DNA from: Pseudomonadota bacterium
Lineage (GTDB): Bacteria > Bdellovibrionota > FAC87 > UBA2466
Direction: 5' to 3'
Length of the DNA stretch: 28,631 bases
Assembly (NCBI GenBank): GCA_043767805.1
Contig: JAYUGC010000112.1
Location: 1-28,631 of the forward strand
This document shows positions 1-9,457 of the stretch, one piece after another. A program made the translations under genes and the position numbers. How positions within the stretch are numbered: the first letter of the stretch is position 1; each line of letters begins with the position of its first letter. The notes under the pieces were generated by a model. That model saw nothing but the letters and a program-made list of their open reading frames with translations, was not told the DNA's origin and searched no databases.

Positions 1-341
1 AGACCAAAAATCGCGAGCTGAACGGGCACTATTTTCGGATCGGAAAAACCCATCAGAATAATGGAGACGACGAGTAGCGCCTGCACCACGACCATCCAGC
101 CGGTTCGCCGATGAAGGAATGGCATCGTGAACCTGTCGATGAGCGGCGACCAAAGAAACTTCAGAGAGTAAGGGAGCGTCACCACGCTAAATAACCCGAC
201 CGTCTTAAGATCGACGCCCTCGCTGGTGAGCCAACCCTTCAGCGTGCCCCAGACCAGAGGAAGCGGTAAGCCGGAAGAAAAACCCAGCACCAGAGTGATG
301 AAGAGGCGGCGGTTCTTGAGCGCATGCATGAAGGCGGACAT
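1..341 (-). CDS. ampG: AmpG-family muropeptide MFS permease (3' end runs off the window)
   Basis: Not in the ORF track. Manual translation of the minus strand from ATG 341 gives MSAFMHALKNRRLFITLVLGFSSGLPLPLVWGTLKGWLTSEGVDLKTVGLFSVVTLPYSLKFLWSPLIDRF...RRTGWMVVVQ. LGFSSGLP, PYxLKFLWSPLID and RRxGW are AmpG hallmarks. An in-frame TAA lies at 348-350. Confidence 0.92.
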   Translation of the reverse strand, partial: MSAFMHALKNRRLFITLVLGFSSGLPLPLVWGTLKGWLTSEGVDLKTVGLFSVVTLPYSLKFLWSPLIDRFTMPFLHRRTGWMVVVQALLVVSIILMGFSDPKIVPVQLAIFG

Positions 342-374
342 GCCCCATTATACCCGCATGGTAAACTAAGAGCC

Positions 375-1787
375 GTGGACAAAAGCGAAAAGCGAGTCAG
401 CTTCCTCGGCCTTTCCGCCTACTTCGCGGTAGTCTGCATTGCGTCGGGATGGGGAGCCGCGACCGTCGCTCTCTTTCTGATCCCCGCGCCCGCGCTAAAA
501 CCCGCGGGGAGAGTGGGCGCTACCTTGGCGGTCGCCCTCGTTCTCGCCTTTTTGGTCACGGGACTCGCCGTTTGGCTGCACCGTAAGCTCGGAAAATCGT
601 TTCTTCTGTTCCAGGCGGCCATCCTCGCGCTCCTCGCCTTGTCGCTCGGCGCGGGCGAGGCTTGGCTGCGCTCGGGCCTCGCCCCTTGGCCCGCCCGGGT
701 GCTGCACGGCAAAGTGAGCTCTTCCGCCACCGATCGTCTGAAAGCGGTGCGGCCGAAGACTGCGGCCACCAATTCTTGGGGCCAGAGAGACAAAGAGAGA
801 GCCAAGACGCCCGAGCAGGGAGTTACCCGGGTGGCGCTGCTCGGCGGGGCGTTTTTGGAAGAAGGGGTGCTCGCACCCTTGTCTCGTCTCGTCGACGAGC
901 GCGTGGGACGGCCTTACGAGTTCGTGAATCTCGGCGTGAGCGGTAGCTCTCCCCGAGAAATATTCTGGCGCGCAAAAGATATCGCGCTTCCCCTTGGTGC
1001 CGAACGTCTCATCGTCTTTTTCGATCCGACGGAAGATTTCATCGCGCCGCTCGCCTCCGAAAAGCGTTTGCTCCCTCACCTCGCCCGGCTCGTCGCCGAT
1101 CATCCCCCTCGTGGCAGTCTTTTGGGAGAGATCTTTCCTGGCCTCATCCAGCGCCTACTGCCCATGGGGGGCGACGCGAACCCTCTCGAGCGAGATCTCA
1201 CCCAGCGCCTGAAAAAAGGGCGGACGGAAGAGATCCTGGCGCTTCTTACGAAACTCACTCCCACGGCGAAACGAGACGAGATGGCGGAGAGACTCGGCAA
1301 GGCTGACTTGAAACGGCTAGCCCGAGCATTGGCCTTGCCCGATCTCGGCTTGGTCCGGCCCGCTTTCTTGCAACGCCTTCTCGCGTCTTTGAGTTGGGAG
1401 CGCGGAAACGGTGTGTCCCAGGAAAATCTCGAAACGACAGCTCGGTGGCTGGCGGCGACCCTTCGCCTCGGACGGCGGGCGGGCCTGGAGACGACCCTAG
1501 TGCTGATTCCTCCCGCCGAAGCTACCGACGACAGACTGCGCGATCTATGGTCCTCGGTGGGCGATATTCGCGTGGGGGCGCGCCAGTGGACGGAAGCCGC
1601 GGATTGGCTCAAAAATCGGCTAGGCGATCAAACGGATGTCTTGGATTTGAGAGAAGCGTTCGCCGGCGTTCGGGGAACCTACTTGAACGGGGACGGTCAT
1701 TGGACTCCGGCCGGAAACGAAATCGCGTCGCTTCGTCTCGCCGAGCGTTTCGGCAAGACTCCAGCGCCGACCACGACCTTCCCTTAA
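375..1787 (+). CDS. Membrane-anchored SGNH/GDSL-like (AlgJ/AlgX-like) protein, probably lacking the catalytic Ser
   Basis: Three N-terminal hydrophobic helices, then NSWGQRD, VALLGGAFLEEG (block I position), VNLGVSG (block II) and DGHWTPAGN (block V). GTG 375 is preferred because ATG 324 overlaps ampG. Confidence 0.7.
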   Translation: MDKSEKRVSFLGLSAYFAVVCIASGWGAATVALFLIPAPALKPAGRVGATLAVALVLAFLVTGLAVWLHRKLGKSFLLFQAAILALLALSLGAGEAWLRSGLAPWPARVLHGKVSSSATDRLKAVRPKTAATNSWGQRDKERAKTPEQGVTRVALLGGAFLEEGVLAPLSRLVDERVGRPYEFVNLGVSGSSPREIFWRAKDIALPLGAERLIVFFDPTEDFIAPLASEKRLLPHLARLVADHPPRGSLLGEIFPGLIQRLLPMGGDANPLERDLTQRLKKGRTEEILALLTKLTPTAKRDEMAERLGKADLKRLARALALPDLGLVRPAFLQRLLASLSWERGNGVSQENLETTARWLAATLRLGRRAGLETTLVLIPPAEATDDRLRDLWSSVGDIRVGARQWTEAADWLKNRLGDQTDVLDLREAFAGVRGTYLNGDGHWTPAGNEIASLRLAERFGKTPAPTTTFP

Positions 1788-2953
1788 GAGCGGAGCCGCG
1801 GGCGCGAACTTTGCCGAAGCAAAGCGGTCACCAGACTGACCGCCTCTTTGAATGGGTTCGCGCGAGAGGCGCCGTATACCCGGGCGCGGTAAGAGAGCGG
1901 CATGGGGAGGAGTTTCAAATCGAGCGCGCCCGCTCCCAGAAGGAGCTCAAGATCGCCCAGCGCGTTACGACCGAAATGGCGAGCGCTCCACCGGCTGATG
2001 AGCTTATAGTCCTCGGCGGATAAAAGCTTGGTTCCGCACCAAACGTCGCTTACGGGCTGATGTAAGAATGCGCTGACGGCCGCCACGCTCAGGCGATTGG
2101 CCAGCTTCGAGGCGAAGCCCATCGCGCCCGGTTCCATGGGCAGGCGGAAACGATCGCCGTAAATCAAATCACCGCGGCCCTCCACCAACGCCTCGTAGAG
2201 GCGTCTCACCGTTTCCGGAGGCGCGCTCAAGTTGCCATCCGAGATGCCTAAAATTTTTCCCTCGGCTTTGGAAAGGCCCCAATGAACGGCGTCGGTCTTT
2301 CCGTGGCCGGGCTGACGAAGCGCCCGCAAACGCAAAGGCCCGTGATAATGGCTGAGGGTCCGGGTGATGGCGCCCCACGTATCGTCGGTGGAATGGCCCT
2401 CGACAAAAATGATTTCCGTCTCCCGCCCTTCGAGGCCGGTGAGTCTTTGGATTAGGGAACCGATGGTGGCGGCTTCGTTTCTCGTGGGAATGATGAGAGA
2501 GAACGACGAGCGAGCGGCCCACGGAACCTCGTGGCGAAAGAGATGAAGGTTGAGCTTTTGACTCAAAAGAAACGGCGACCGGCCGAGCGCCGTGACCCGC
2601 AGATTTTGAAAACCCGCCTCGCGAATCTCATGGAGCCAAGCGTCCGAAGTAGACGCGGGCTCGGGCAGGAGAAACGCCACGCGATCGCCGGGACGAAGCT
2701 CGTTCTGAAGGGCGCGCAAAGCCGAGCGGCACGCGCCGTGGACCATCGGATTCCACAAAAAGAGCGTTTTGCCCGGCCCTCGGGGGAGGGCTCTGGCGGG
2801 AAGCGGTTGGTCGGCGCCCCACGGAATCCACGATTTACCGGCTACGGGAAGTGCTTCGAACCAACGCCGCGAAGAAGGATTTCCCGGAGAAATCCACACC
2901 ACATTGGAATAGTTGCCCGTGGATCGAATGAGCCGGTTCAGCGCGTTTTTCAC
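1784..2953 (-). CDS. Glycosyltransferase family 2 with a degenerate N-terminal methyltransferase-like region
   Basis: SLIIPTRNEA, IIFVEGHSTDDTW, GKTDAVHWG, DVWCGTK, GDLELLLGA and YRARVYG match DPM-synthase-like GT2 enzymes. LRPGDRV upstream resembles a class I MTase remnant. Confidence 0.85.
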   Translation of the reverse strand: MKNALNRLIRSTGNYSNVVWISPGNPSSRRWFEALPVAGKSWIPWGADQPLPARALPRGPGKTLFLWNPMVHGACRSALRALQNELRPGDRVAFLLPEPASTSDAWLHEIREAGFQNLRVTALGRSPFLLSQKLNLHLFRHEVPWAARSSFSLIIPTRNEAATIGSLIQRLTGLEGRETEIIFVEGHSTDDTWGAITRTLSHYHGPLRLRALRQPGHGKTDAVHWGLSKAEGKILGISDGNLSAPPETVRRLYEALVEGRGDLIYGDRFRLPMEPGAMGFASKLANRLSVAAVSAFLHQPVSDVWCGTKLLSAEDYKLISRWSARHFGRNALGDLELLLGAGALDLKLLPMPLSYRARVYGASRANPFKEAVSLVTALLRQSSRPRLRS

Positions 2954-3008
2954 TAAAACTGATTATAGCGCGCCTTCCCCCACTCCCACTTACTCAGCCC
3001 GTCACAAA

Positions 3009-3044
3009 CCCGTCTAAAAAGTGAGTAGACACTTTTTAGACGGG
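3009..3044. repeat. Perfect 15-bp stem-loop (REP-like palindrome, possible terminator of the 3055-5973 gene)
   Basis: cccgtctaaaaagtg (3009-3023), loop agtaga, cactttttagacggg (3030-3044). Related to the palindromes at 26697-26812. Confidence 0.75.
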
Positions 3045-3054
3045 CTGCGGAAGG

Positions 3055-5973
3055 TTAGTAGATGTCTAGGTAGACCATCAAGGCGTGCTGGGTGGTGCTG
3101 CCGTCGTTGGCCTCTACCATCACGTACTCCCCAGCTTTGCCTTTGAGCGAGGCCGGCACGTTGTAGACCATGCGCACTTTCCCCGGGTTGGAGCTCGGCG
3201 ACAGACTTCCGTAGTTCACGGAAGTCGTCGAGCCGTTTCCGAAGGTGATGAGCGGGTTACTGATCTTTCCCGCTCTCAGCACGAAAGGCCCAGGCAAAGC
3301 GCTTTTCGCCTTGAACTTCATCTGCACCTGAATCGCAAACGAGCTTCCCGCTTTCACGCGGACAGTCGACGAAGGCACGGGCTGACCGTTTCCATCATTG
3401 AGTAAAAGCGAAACGGAGCGAGTCACGTTCACGAACTTGCGCAGCGCCTGCTTCATCGCGCGGCCATCCGCGAAAGTGAGCTGCGAAAGGAAACGGACGT
3501 AGGTGTCGTCTCCCACCCAAGGCCCAGCGGCGATCTCGACCGGCACTTCGACTTCGGCCCCCGTCGCGATGTCCGGCAGATCCACCTTGTTCTTGGTGAA
3601 GCTGACGAAAGCGGGGCTCGAGCTGAGCTCGGTCTTCACTCCCTTGATGTCGGCCGACGTGCGGTTCTTGAACTTGAACTTCGCTTCGACTTTCTCGTTC
3701 ACCTTGGGATCCTTGGCGAGGGTAATTGCGGTCAGCTCGAGCGGGAAACCCGTCTCGGTATCGGCGCGCACTTTGGCGAGCTCCTTGAACCCGGCGCCGG
3801 AATCGGCTTCGAGAGCGACGTCGAGCTGGATCTTGTCGCCCGGCGCTTCCGTCGCAATGGGCGCGGAAACGATACCGGTCAGCGTGGTGCTCGTTGCGGC
3901 GGCCAGCGCCGGCAAATCGCGCACGGTCAGCGCGAACGTTCCGAGGCCAGAGGCGCCGGCGATGCGCGCCCGGATTTTTCCAAGCGCGGTGGATTGACCG
4001 CCGTAGTTATCGATGACGAGAGTCACCTTCACCGCTTCACCAGGAGTATAAAGGCCGTCTCCTGAAGTCTCTTCCAACCGAGCCGCCCGCACCACGAGCA
4101 ATGCCCCTTTGGTCAGCTCGTCTTTGAGCGCGACTTTGCCGAAACCGACTTCTTCCTGATGAAAGATCGGTTCCGCATTCGCAAAGCCATCGAGAAGCCC
4201 TTGGTCTTTCGCTCCCGATGCGCGTCCTTGCGCATAAGCCGCCACGTCGGTCGCGCCGAGCGTCGCCTGATAGGAGCTGGCCGCCGAGACATCGAAGGCC
4301 TTACGGTACTCACTCGTATAGAGACTACGATACTGGCTCGCGAACTGATTGGAGTAAGCATTGTCGTAGCGCGAGCGGCAAAGCGGCTCGAACTCAGTAA
4401 GCACGAGTCCCGTGCAAGGAGGCGAGTAGTACGCTTTCAGCAAAGAGGGCACGGCAACCGACGGACTGCCCGTCGACGGCACACCAAAGGGCGGCTCTTT
4501 CGGAGTCAGCACCGAAGGCGCCATTCCCTGGCCCACTTTGAGCTCCGAGAGTTTCAAGAACTGACCGTTTCCGCCCGGATCGGACGAGATCTGATCGGTA
4601 ATGTCGACGGTCGCGGCGAGCGCGAGAGGCGCCGAGAGATGACCGCGCAAAGCTTCGTTGTAGCCCTTCGGATAACTCTCCAAATGCGCTTTCTGCCGCG
4701 CGGAGAGCTGCCCCGCACTCGTGCCGTCCTTATAAGAAGCCGCGAGCGCGGCATCGGAAGCGCCGACGCTTCGGCCGTTCGCATACCCCTTCGCCAGATC
4801 CCGCGCGTTCGCGTCTTTCTTGGCTTTCGCGACGCCATCCACCCGGCCCACTTTTTCGCCGTCGACACCGCCAGGCCCGGGCGCGCGGTCGGAAGCCTCG
4901 CGGCCACCGTCGAGCGAAGCCGCGGAATCGGCTCTCACGTACACGTCGTTCAGGGCGGCGTTGTAGTTGTTCACCACCTGTTGGTAGTAAGCGAATAAAT
5001 TTTGGGCGAGACCGTCCTCATATTCATACTCGCTTTTCGCGGTAACGTACGGAGGACGAGCCAAGGCCACTTCCTGGCGAGCGGAATCAGTCACCGATCG
5101 CGCCCGGCGGACCAAGTCGTTCGCGTCGGCGACGACGCGCACTTGATAGTCGCGATCGTGCTGAGCTTGCGCGAGGCGAGACCGCGCGTTCTGAACGTTT
5201 TGTTGTCCGGTTTGAAGCTGAGCGTTGGCGCGAGCCAATTCGTTTTGAACGGCGTAGAGCTGGTTCATCATGTCGTTCATGTAGCGCTGGTTGTCGGCGC
5301 GATCTTGCTGCAAACGCGCCAAACGCTGGCGCAAATTTTCCAATTCCGGGGGATCGTCTTGGCGGCAGCCAGAGAACACGCAAGTGCCATGAACCGCGTC
5401 GCAAGCCGCTTTGCTCTGGTTCTCGGCGGCGTTGCGATTGCCGGCACGCACCGGGTGGCCGCCGCCGTGCTCTTCCCAGCCTTTGTCCACGTAATTGCAA
5501 ATCCAATCGCCCGGATGGGGCTGGTTTTCGAGATCGGAAATCTTCTGGCTTACGTTTTGGATCTGGCGATCGAGCTGGTCGCCTTCTCGTTGCAAGCGAT
5601 CCCGCTCCCTTCCCTTCTGCTCGAACTGGGCGTCGAGATTGGAGATCCACTGGTTGGTTTGGAGCAAGTCATTTTCTAGGCCGTTAATCTGGTTACCGAA
5701 GTCGGCGAGGTCGTGATCGAGATCGTGCAAGCGTTGCTCCGCTTGATCCCGGGTCTGAATCGCTTGCGCTTCCGCGCTTTCGGCGGCGGATTGCCGACTC
5801 TGGGCGCCTTCGAGTATCTGGGCTTTCGCCGAGTACCGGGCCCGGGCCCCGTCGGCGATGGTGCGTTGGCGGTCGTAGCGCCCCTTGGCTCCCGCGATAT
5901 CCAGGTCGGCGGCGCAAACCCCCACCGCGAGAAAAGTTAGCAGAACCGTCATCCACCGAAGCGATTGAGCCAT
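3055..5973 (-). CDS. Large secreted protein: signal peptide, long coiled coil with a Cys-rich insert, Gly-repeat helices, C-terminal Ig/CARDB-like beta domains
   Basis: ATG 5973 has an AGGAGGG SD. Signal peptide MAQSLRWMTVLLTFLAVGVCAA; Q/N/D-rich heptads; GDGLYTPGEAVKVTLVIDNYGG and DLPDIATGAEVEVPVEI are typical CARDB-like strands. Confidence 0.8.
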   Translation of the reverse strand: MAQSLRWMTVLLTFLAVGVCAADLDIAGAKGRYDRQRTIADGARARYSAKAQILEGAQSRQSAAESAEAQAIQTRDQAEQRLHDLDHDLADFGNQINGLENDLLQTNQWISNLDAQFEQKGRERDRLQREGDQLDRQIQNVSQKISDLENQPHPGDWICNYVDKGWEEHGGGHPVRAGNRNAAENQSKAACDAVHGTCVFSGCRQDDPPELENLRQRLARLQQDRADNQRYMNDMMNQLYAVQNELARANAQLQTGQQNVQNARSRLAQAQHDRDYQVRVVADANDLVRRARSVTDSARQEVALARPPYVTAKSEYEYEDGLAQNLFAYYQQVVNNYNAALNDVYVRADSAASLDGGREASDRAPGPGGVDGEKVGRVDGVAKAKKDANARDLAKGYANGRSVGASDAALAASYKDGTSAGQLSARQKAHLESYPKGYNEALRGHLSAPLALAATVDITDQISSDPGGNGQFLKLSELKVGQGMAPSVLTPKEPPFGVPSTGSPSVAVPSLLKAYYSPPCTGLVLTEFEPLCRSRYDNAYSNQFASQYRSLYTSEYRKAFDVSAASSYQATLGATDVAAYAQGRASGAKDQGLLDGFANAEPIFHQEEVGFGKVALKDELTKGALLVVRAARLEETSGDGLYTPGEAVKVTLVIDNYGGQSTALGKIRARIAGASGLGTFALTVRDLPALAAATSTTLTGIVSAPIATEAPGDKIQLDVALEADSGAGFKELAKVRADTETGFPLELTAITLAKDPKVNEKVEAKFKFKNRTSADIKGVKTELSSSPAFVSFTKNKVDLPDIATGAEVEVPVEIAAGPWVGDDTYVRFLSQLTFADGRAMKQALRKFVNVTRSVSLLLNDGNGQPVPSSTVRVKAGSSFAIQVQMKFKAKSALPGPFVLRAGKISNPLITFGNGSTTSVNYGSLSPSSNPGKVRMVYNVPASLKGKAGEYVMVEANDGSTTQHALMVYLDIY

Positions 5974-6012
5974 GAGAGCCCCTCCTAAAGAAAAATCCCC
6001 GTGTAGTGTCAA

Positions 6013-6028
6013 TGCAAGGGCGGGACCA
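6013..6028 (-). promoter_or_regulatory. Putative sigma-54 (-24/-12) promoter
   Basis: Minus strand TGGTCCCGCCCTTGCA (GG-N10-GC), about 40 nt upstream of ATG 5973. Confidence 0.55.
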
Positions 6029-6162
6029 GGGCAAGCCAGCGATTCTGGGCTCGATGACTCAATGCTCCAAGAAAACCTTTCAGGGTGTCAGAGCCAGATT
6101 GACCCCGAAGCGGAGCCCGCCCAGAATAAAAGACCGGGATCATCCCCGATCTGAGGCGCGCC

Positions 6163-7026
6163 ATGAACGGGCTTTTCCTTTTTCTACTAGTCGCGATGGG
6201 TGCCGCCGGCGCGGCGGACAAAGACACCAAAAACGTCTTGTCCACGTTCCGGCGGGAAGCCATTCAAGGGGCTCTTGGCGAACAGATTCTTCGCCTGACT
6301 CCCGAGGACTCCCCAGCTCGCGCCACTTTCCTCGTCCCCGTCAAAAATACGAAGCGAAAGCCCACGCTCCTTCAGCTCTATCTTTACCGCCCGGGCGATC
6401 GGCCCACGCTGCTCTCCGATCCTCGCGGGCTAAAGCCGGAAAGCGGCGCCTTCGACACCCTCGTTTCCCTCGTGGGTGAAGACCAAGACGGTGACGGGCT
6501 CATCGACGTGCACCTCGTGGCCCGCTTCAAAGGCGCCAACGGCAAGCCGTTCGAGAAATCCGCTAAGTACCGCAACGAAGGCCCGGCGGGTTTTCGTCTC
6601 CTAACGGCGCCTCCGCCCCCGGCGGCTCCGAAAACCGGCTTTGCTCTGGGTCTCGATTGCCGCTACGTCGCCCTCGACGGAGGCTGGTGGGTGGCGGCGT
6701 GTAAAGAAGGAGAGGCCGCGCTTGAAGTCCGTCTCAAACTCAACGGAGAAGTCCGACTGGCCTTCGAGGCGCCCAATGCCACTTCAATCATGGTGGAAGG
6801 GCAGGACTCGCGCGCCGTAGCCATCAGCTATGACGGCCCGGGGTGTCGTATCGTCAAAATCCTTCGCCTCAAAGACGGCAGACTCGTCTCCGACACCGAC
6901 TGCGCCCCTTCGACTCAATGCGCCCTTACTCGTTTTCCCAAGGTTCCCGACTGCCGAGGGACCGTCGAGTGCGGGGGCGTCGCGGGCGACTTTCGCTGGA
7001 AGCGGGAGTTCGATGTTTGTCAGTAA
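6163..7026 (+). CDS. Secreted hypothetical protein with a DxDGDG Ca-binding-like loop and a Cys-rich C-terminal half
   Basis: Signal peptide MNGLFLFLLVAMGAAGA; EDQDGDGLIDV motif; Pro-rich linker; 8 Cys in the C-terminal half; GAGG SD. Confidence 0.7.
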   Translation: MNGLFLFLLVAMGAAGAADKDTKNVLSTFRREAIQGALGEQILRLTPEDSPARATFLVPVKNTKRKPTLLQLYLYRPGDRPTLLSDPRGLKPESGAFDTLVSLVGEDQDGDGLIDVHLVARFKGANGKPFEKSAKYRNEGPAGFRLLTAPPPPAAPKTGFALGLDCRYVALDGGWWVAACKEGEAALEVRLKLNGEVRLAFEAPNATSIMVEGQDSRAVAISYDGPGCRIVKILRLKDGRLVSDTDCAPSTQCALTRFPKVPDCRGTVECGGVAGDFRWKREFDVCQ

Positions 7027-7081
7027 AGCCTAAGCTTCTCGAATGACGCCCACGAGGTTAAAGTTCCTTTCTATAAACCCC

Positions 7082-9448
7082 ATGCGTCGGAAACTCCCTA
7101 CCCTGAAGCCTTATGTCGCGGAATGGGTCACGGCTTGTCTTTCGCTCATCGCGTGCTTGTTCGCGCTCCGTCCTTTGCTTCTAGATGGCTCCGCCATCCT
7201 TCCTCACGACAACTTTTATTGGTGCTACCCGATCTTTCATTTTTTCGCGGAAGGGCTTACGCAAGGACGCCTGCCGCTTTGGAATCCGTTCATGCACGGC
7301 GGAGAGCCTTTCTATCCGCTTCTCGGACAAATACGGCTCTGGGATCCCATCGCGCTCTTCACGCCGCTGGTGGCTCGCTATTTTTCCAATGATACCGTCG
7401 TCTGGTTTAACTGGACTCGCTTTTTGCAAGCGCTCGTCATGGTGGGAGGCACCTATTTGGTGCTGCGTCCTTTAGCGCGGTTATCGTGGGTACGGCTTTC
7501 TCTTTTGCCGCTGCTCCTCTTTTCTTCCTTTCTTCTGGGCACGTTTCCTCAAGACGGCATTCTCGCGGCGTTTGCGTGGGTGCCTTATCTTTGCTGGTTC
7601 GGCCTGAGGCTCATCCATCGCAAAGGATCGCCGTGGACCAATTGGATTGGCGCGGGCCTCTCCTTCGGACTCGCGTGGCAGTCGTATCATTTCGCCGGCA
7701 CCTGGGTCTTTCTGCTGATCGTGCTCTCCGGCATCGCGCTCTTTCATCGGCGGTGGGGAAGACGCGTGTTTCGCGGCGACAGCTGGAAACGCCCGGCCCT
7801 GGTCTCGGCAATCCTCGTGGGCATGATGGCGCTGCCGAACTTCGCGCTGTTTACCGAGTCGAGTCGCTTCGTTTTTCCGCTTCGCATGGCGCCCGCCAAC
7901 TACCAGGAGTTGCCGCCTTACGGAGGCCCGATCCGCACCGAAGGCGACGCTTCCTACGTTTCCTTCGGTTGGTGGATGCCTGCCTCGTTCGTCAGGTTCA
8001 CGGGAGGTAGCGCCCAGCCCTGGGATTTCTTGCAGATGGTCGCTCCCGACGGCAACCCCGCGACCCACGGCGATCCCAAAGGCGGCTGGGGCTCCCCGTC
8101 GGAAAGTTATCTCTACTTCGGCTTGTTGCCTTGGGTCTTGAGCCTCTTCGGGCTTTGTGTCGCGCGTGGGCGCAAAAAGAAACTCGCGCTCTGGACGACC
8201 GTCGCTTTCGGGCTTTTGATGCTGGGATTCAAAGGCGGGCTATTTAAATTACTGCGTCCGGTTTTCCCTCCGCTTTGGGGCCTGAGAAACACGGGCCTTC
8301 TCGTTCTGTTCTTCGAGCTGGGCTTCCTCTACTTTTATCTCATCGGCGTGGAGCGCGCCTTCGGCCGTAAGCAAAAAGCATCGCCTCTCGCCATCGTCTT
8401 CTTTTTAGCGCTGAGCTACGTTCAGCTTGGCATCGCTTTGCACTTCGCTTCGCGTCCAGAGGCGATGGCGTTGCGGTGGCTTTGGTCCTTATTCATTCCC
8501 GCGGCGGCGGCCCTCGCCGCGAGCCACTTCGGCTGGAAGCGCACAGCGGGTGCGCTCTGCCTGCTCGCCCTCGCCTTCGATCTCGGTAGTCACATTACCG
8601 AGGCTCGGCTGCTGCGCGCGGGCATGCCTCACCCCGCCCTTCAGCTCGGGGTCTCCACGTCGCCTCGCCGAGCGGTTTTTCCCGAGACGCGAGAGATAGC
8701 GCCCGATCAAAAGCGGCAGCCCGGACAAGCTCCGCTTCGTTACTATCCTTTGCTGGAGCACCATGCCTACGCTTTTTCTCCCGCGGTAAAGCAGAGCATT
8801 GGTCCCGATCCTCTGACCGAAGTGTGGCATGGCGTGCGCTGGAATAGTTTCTTTCTGAGCCGTTCGTACTTCGACTGGACGCAGGCCGCGCGTTCCGCCG
8901 ACGAGATTCGAGACAGCTTCGCCATTGGAAAGCCATTGCTTCAGTTACTCGGAGAGAAAGGCCCGCAGGACATGGCTCCCACTGTGCTGGCGTACGATTA
9001 CGATTCGCTCACGGTCAAAATAGCAGCGACCGAAGCGGGCAAGCTGACCTGGTCTGACGGTTTTGATTCCCGCTGGAAAGCGACTCTCGATGGCGTGTCC
9101 ATCCCCGTTGAACGGTGGCAGGGAAACTTCAAGGCGGTCTCCGTGCCGCCCGGCTCCCACGAGATACGATTCGTTTTCAGGCCCTGGTTTTTCCTGATCG
9201 CCTTCGTCGCCTTTCAGTGCGCGCTGGCGATCGGGCTCACGCTCATCGCGCTTACCGAGCTCGGAAAACGCAGTCCTCGCCCGGGTGGACTCTTCAACCG
9301 GTTCCTGCCGGTTCGTTTCGTGCTTCCCATCGTGATAAGTCTCCTGGCTCGTACTCCGTTTTTCAAAAGGGCCCAGAAGGTGTTGATGACCTTGTCCGAG
9401 CCCATTCCCCTCACGACCGATCTTGCCTTCCGAAAAGGCGAGGTTTAG
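7082..9448 (+). CDS. YfhO-family polytopic membrane protein (GT-C-like)
   Basis: PLWNPFMHGGEPF, YFGLLP, many TM helices and the C-terminal LTWSDGFDSRWKATLDG...FKAVSVPPGSHEIRFVFRP signature. The start may be 7043. Confidence 0.85.
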   Translation: MRRKLPTLKPYVAEWVTACLSLIACLFALRPLLLDGSAILPHDNFYWCYPIFHFFAEGLTQGRLPLWNPFMHGGEPFYPLLGQIRLWDPIALFTPLVARYFSNDTVVWFNWTRFLQALVMVGGTYLVLRPLARLSWVRLSLLPLLLFSSFLLGTFPQDGILAAFAWVPYLCWFGLRLIHRKGSPWTNWIGAGLSFGLAWQSYHFAGTWVFLLIVLSGIALFHRRWGRRVFRGDSWKRPALVSAILVGMMALPNFALFTESSRFVFPLRMAPANYQELPPYGGPIRTEGDASYVSFGWWMPASFVRFTGGSAQPWDFLQMVAPDGNPATHGDPKGGWGSPSESYLYFGLLPWVLSLFGLCVARGRKKKLALWTTVAFGLLMLGFKGGLFKLLRPVFPPLWGLRNTGLLVLFFELGFLYFYLIGVERAFGRKQKASPLAIVFFLALSYVQLGIALHFASRPEAMALRWLWSLFIPAAAALAASHFGWKRTAGALCLLALAFDLGSHITEARLLRAGMPHPALQLGVSTSPRRAVFPETREIAPDQKRQPGQAPLRYYPLLEHHAYAFSPAVKQSIGPDPLTEVWHGVRWNSFFLSRSYFDWTQAARSADEIRDSFAIGKPLLQLLGEKGPQDMAPTVLAYDYDSLTVKIAATEAGKLTWSDGFDSRWKATLDGVSIPVERWQGNFKAVSVPPGSHEIRFVFRPWFFLIAFVAFQCALAIGLTLIALTELGKRSPRPGGLFNRFLPVRFVLPIVISLLARTPFFKRAQKVLMTLSEPIPLTTDLAFRKGEV

Positions 9449-9457
9449 AAAAATCCC

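Noticed and set aside
4159..5679. Plus-strand ORFs of 279 and 225 aa
   Set aside because: Antisense shadows of the large secreted gene, expected from GC-rich codon bias.
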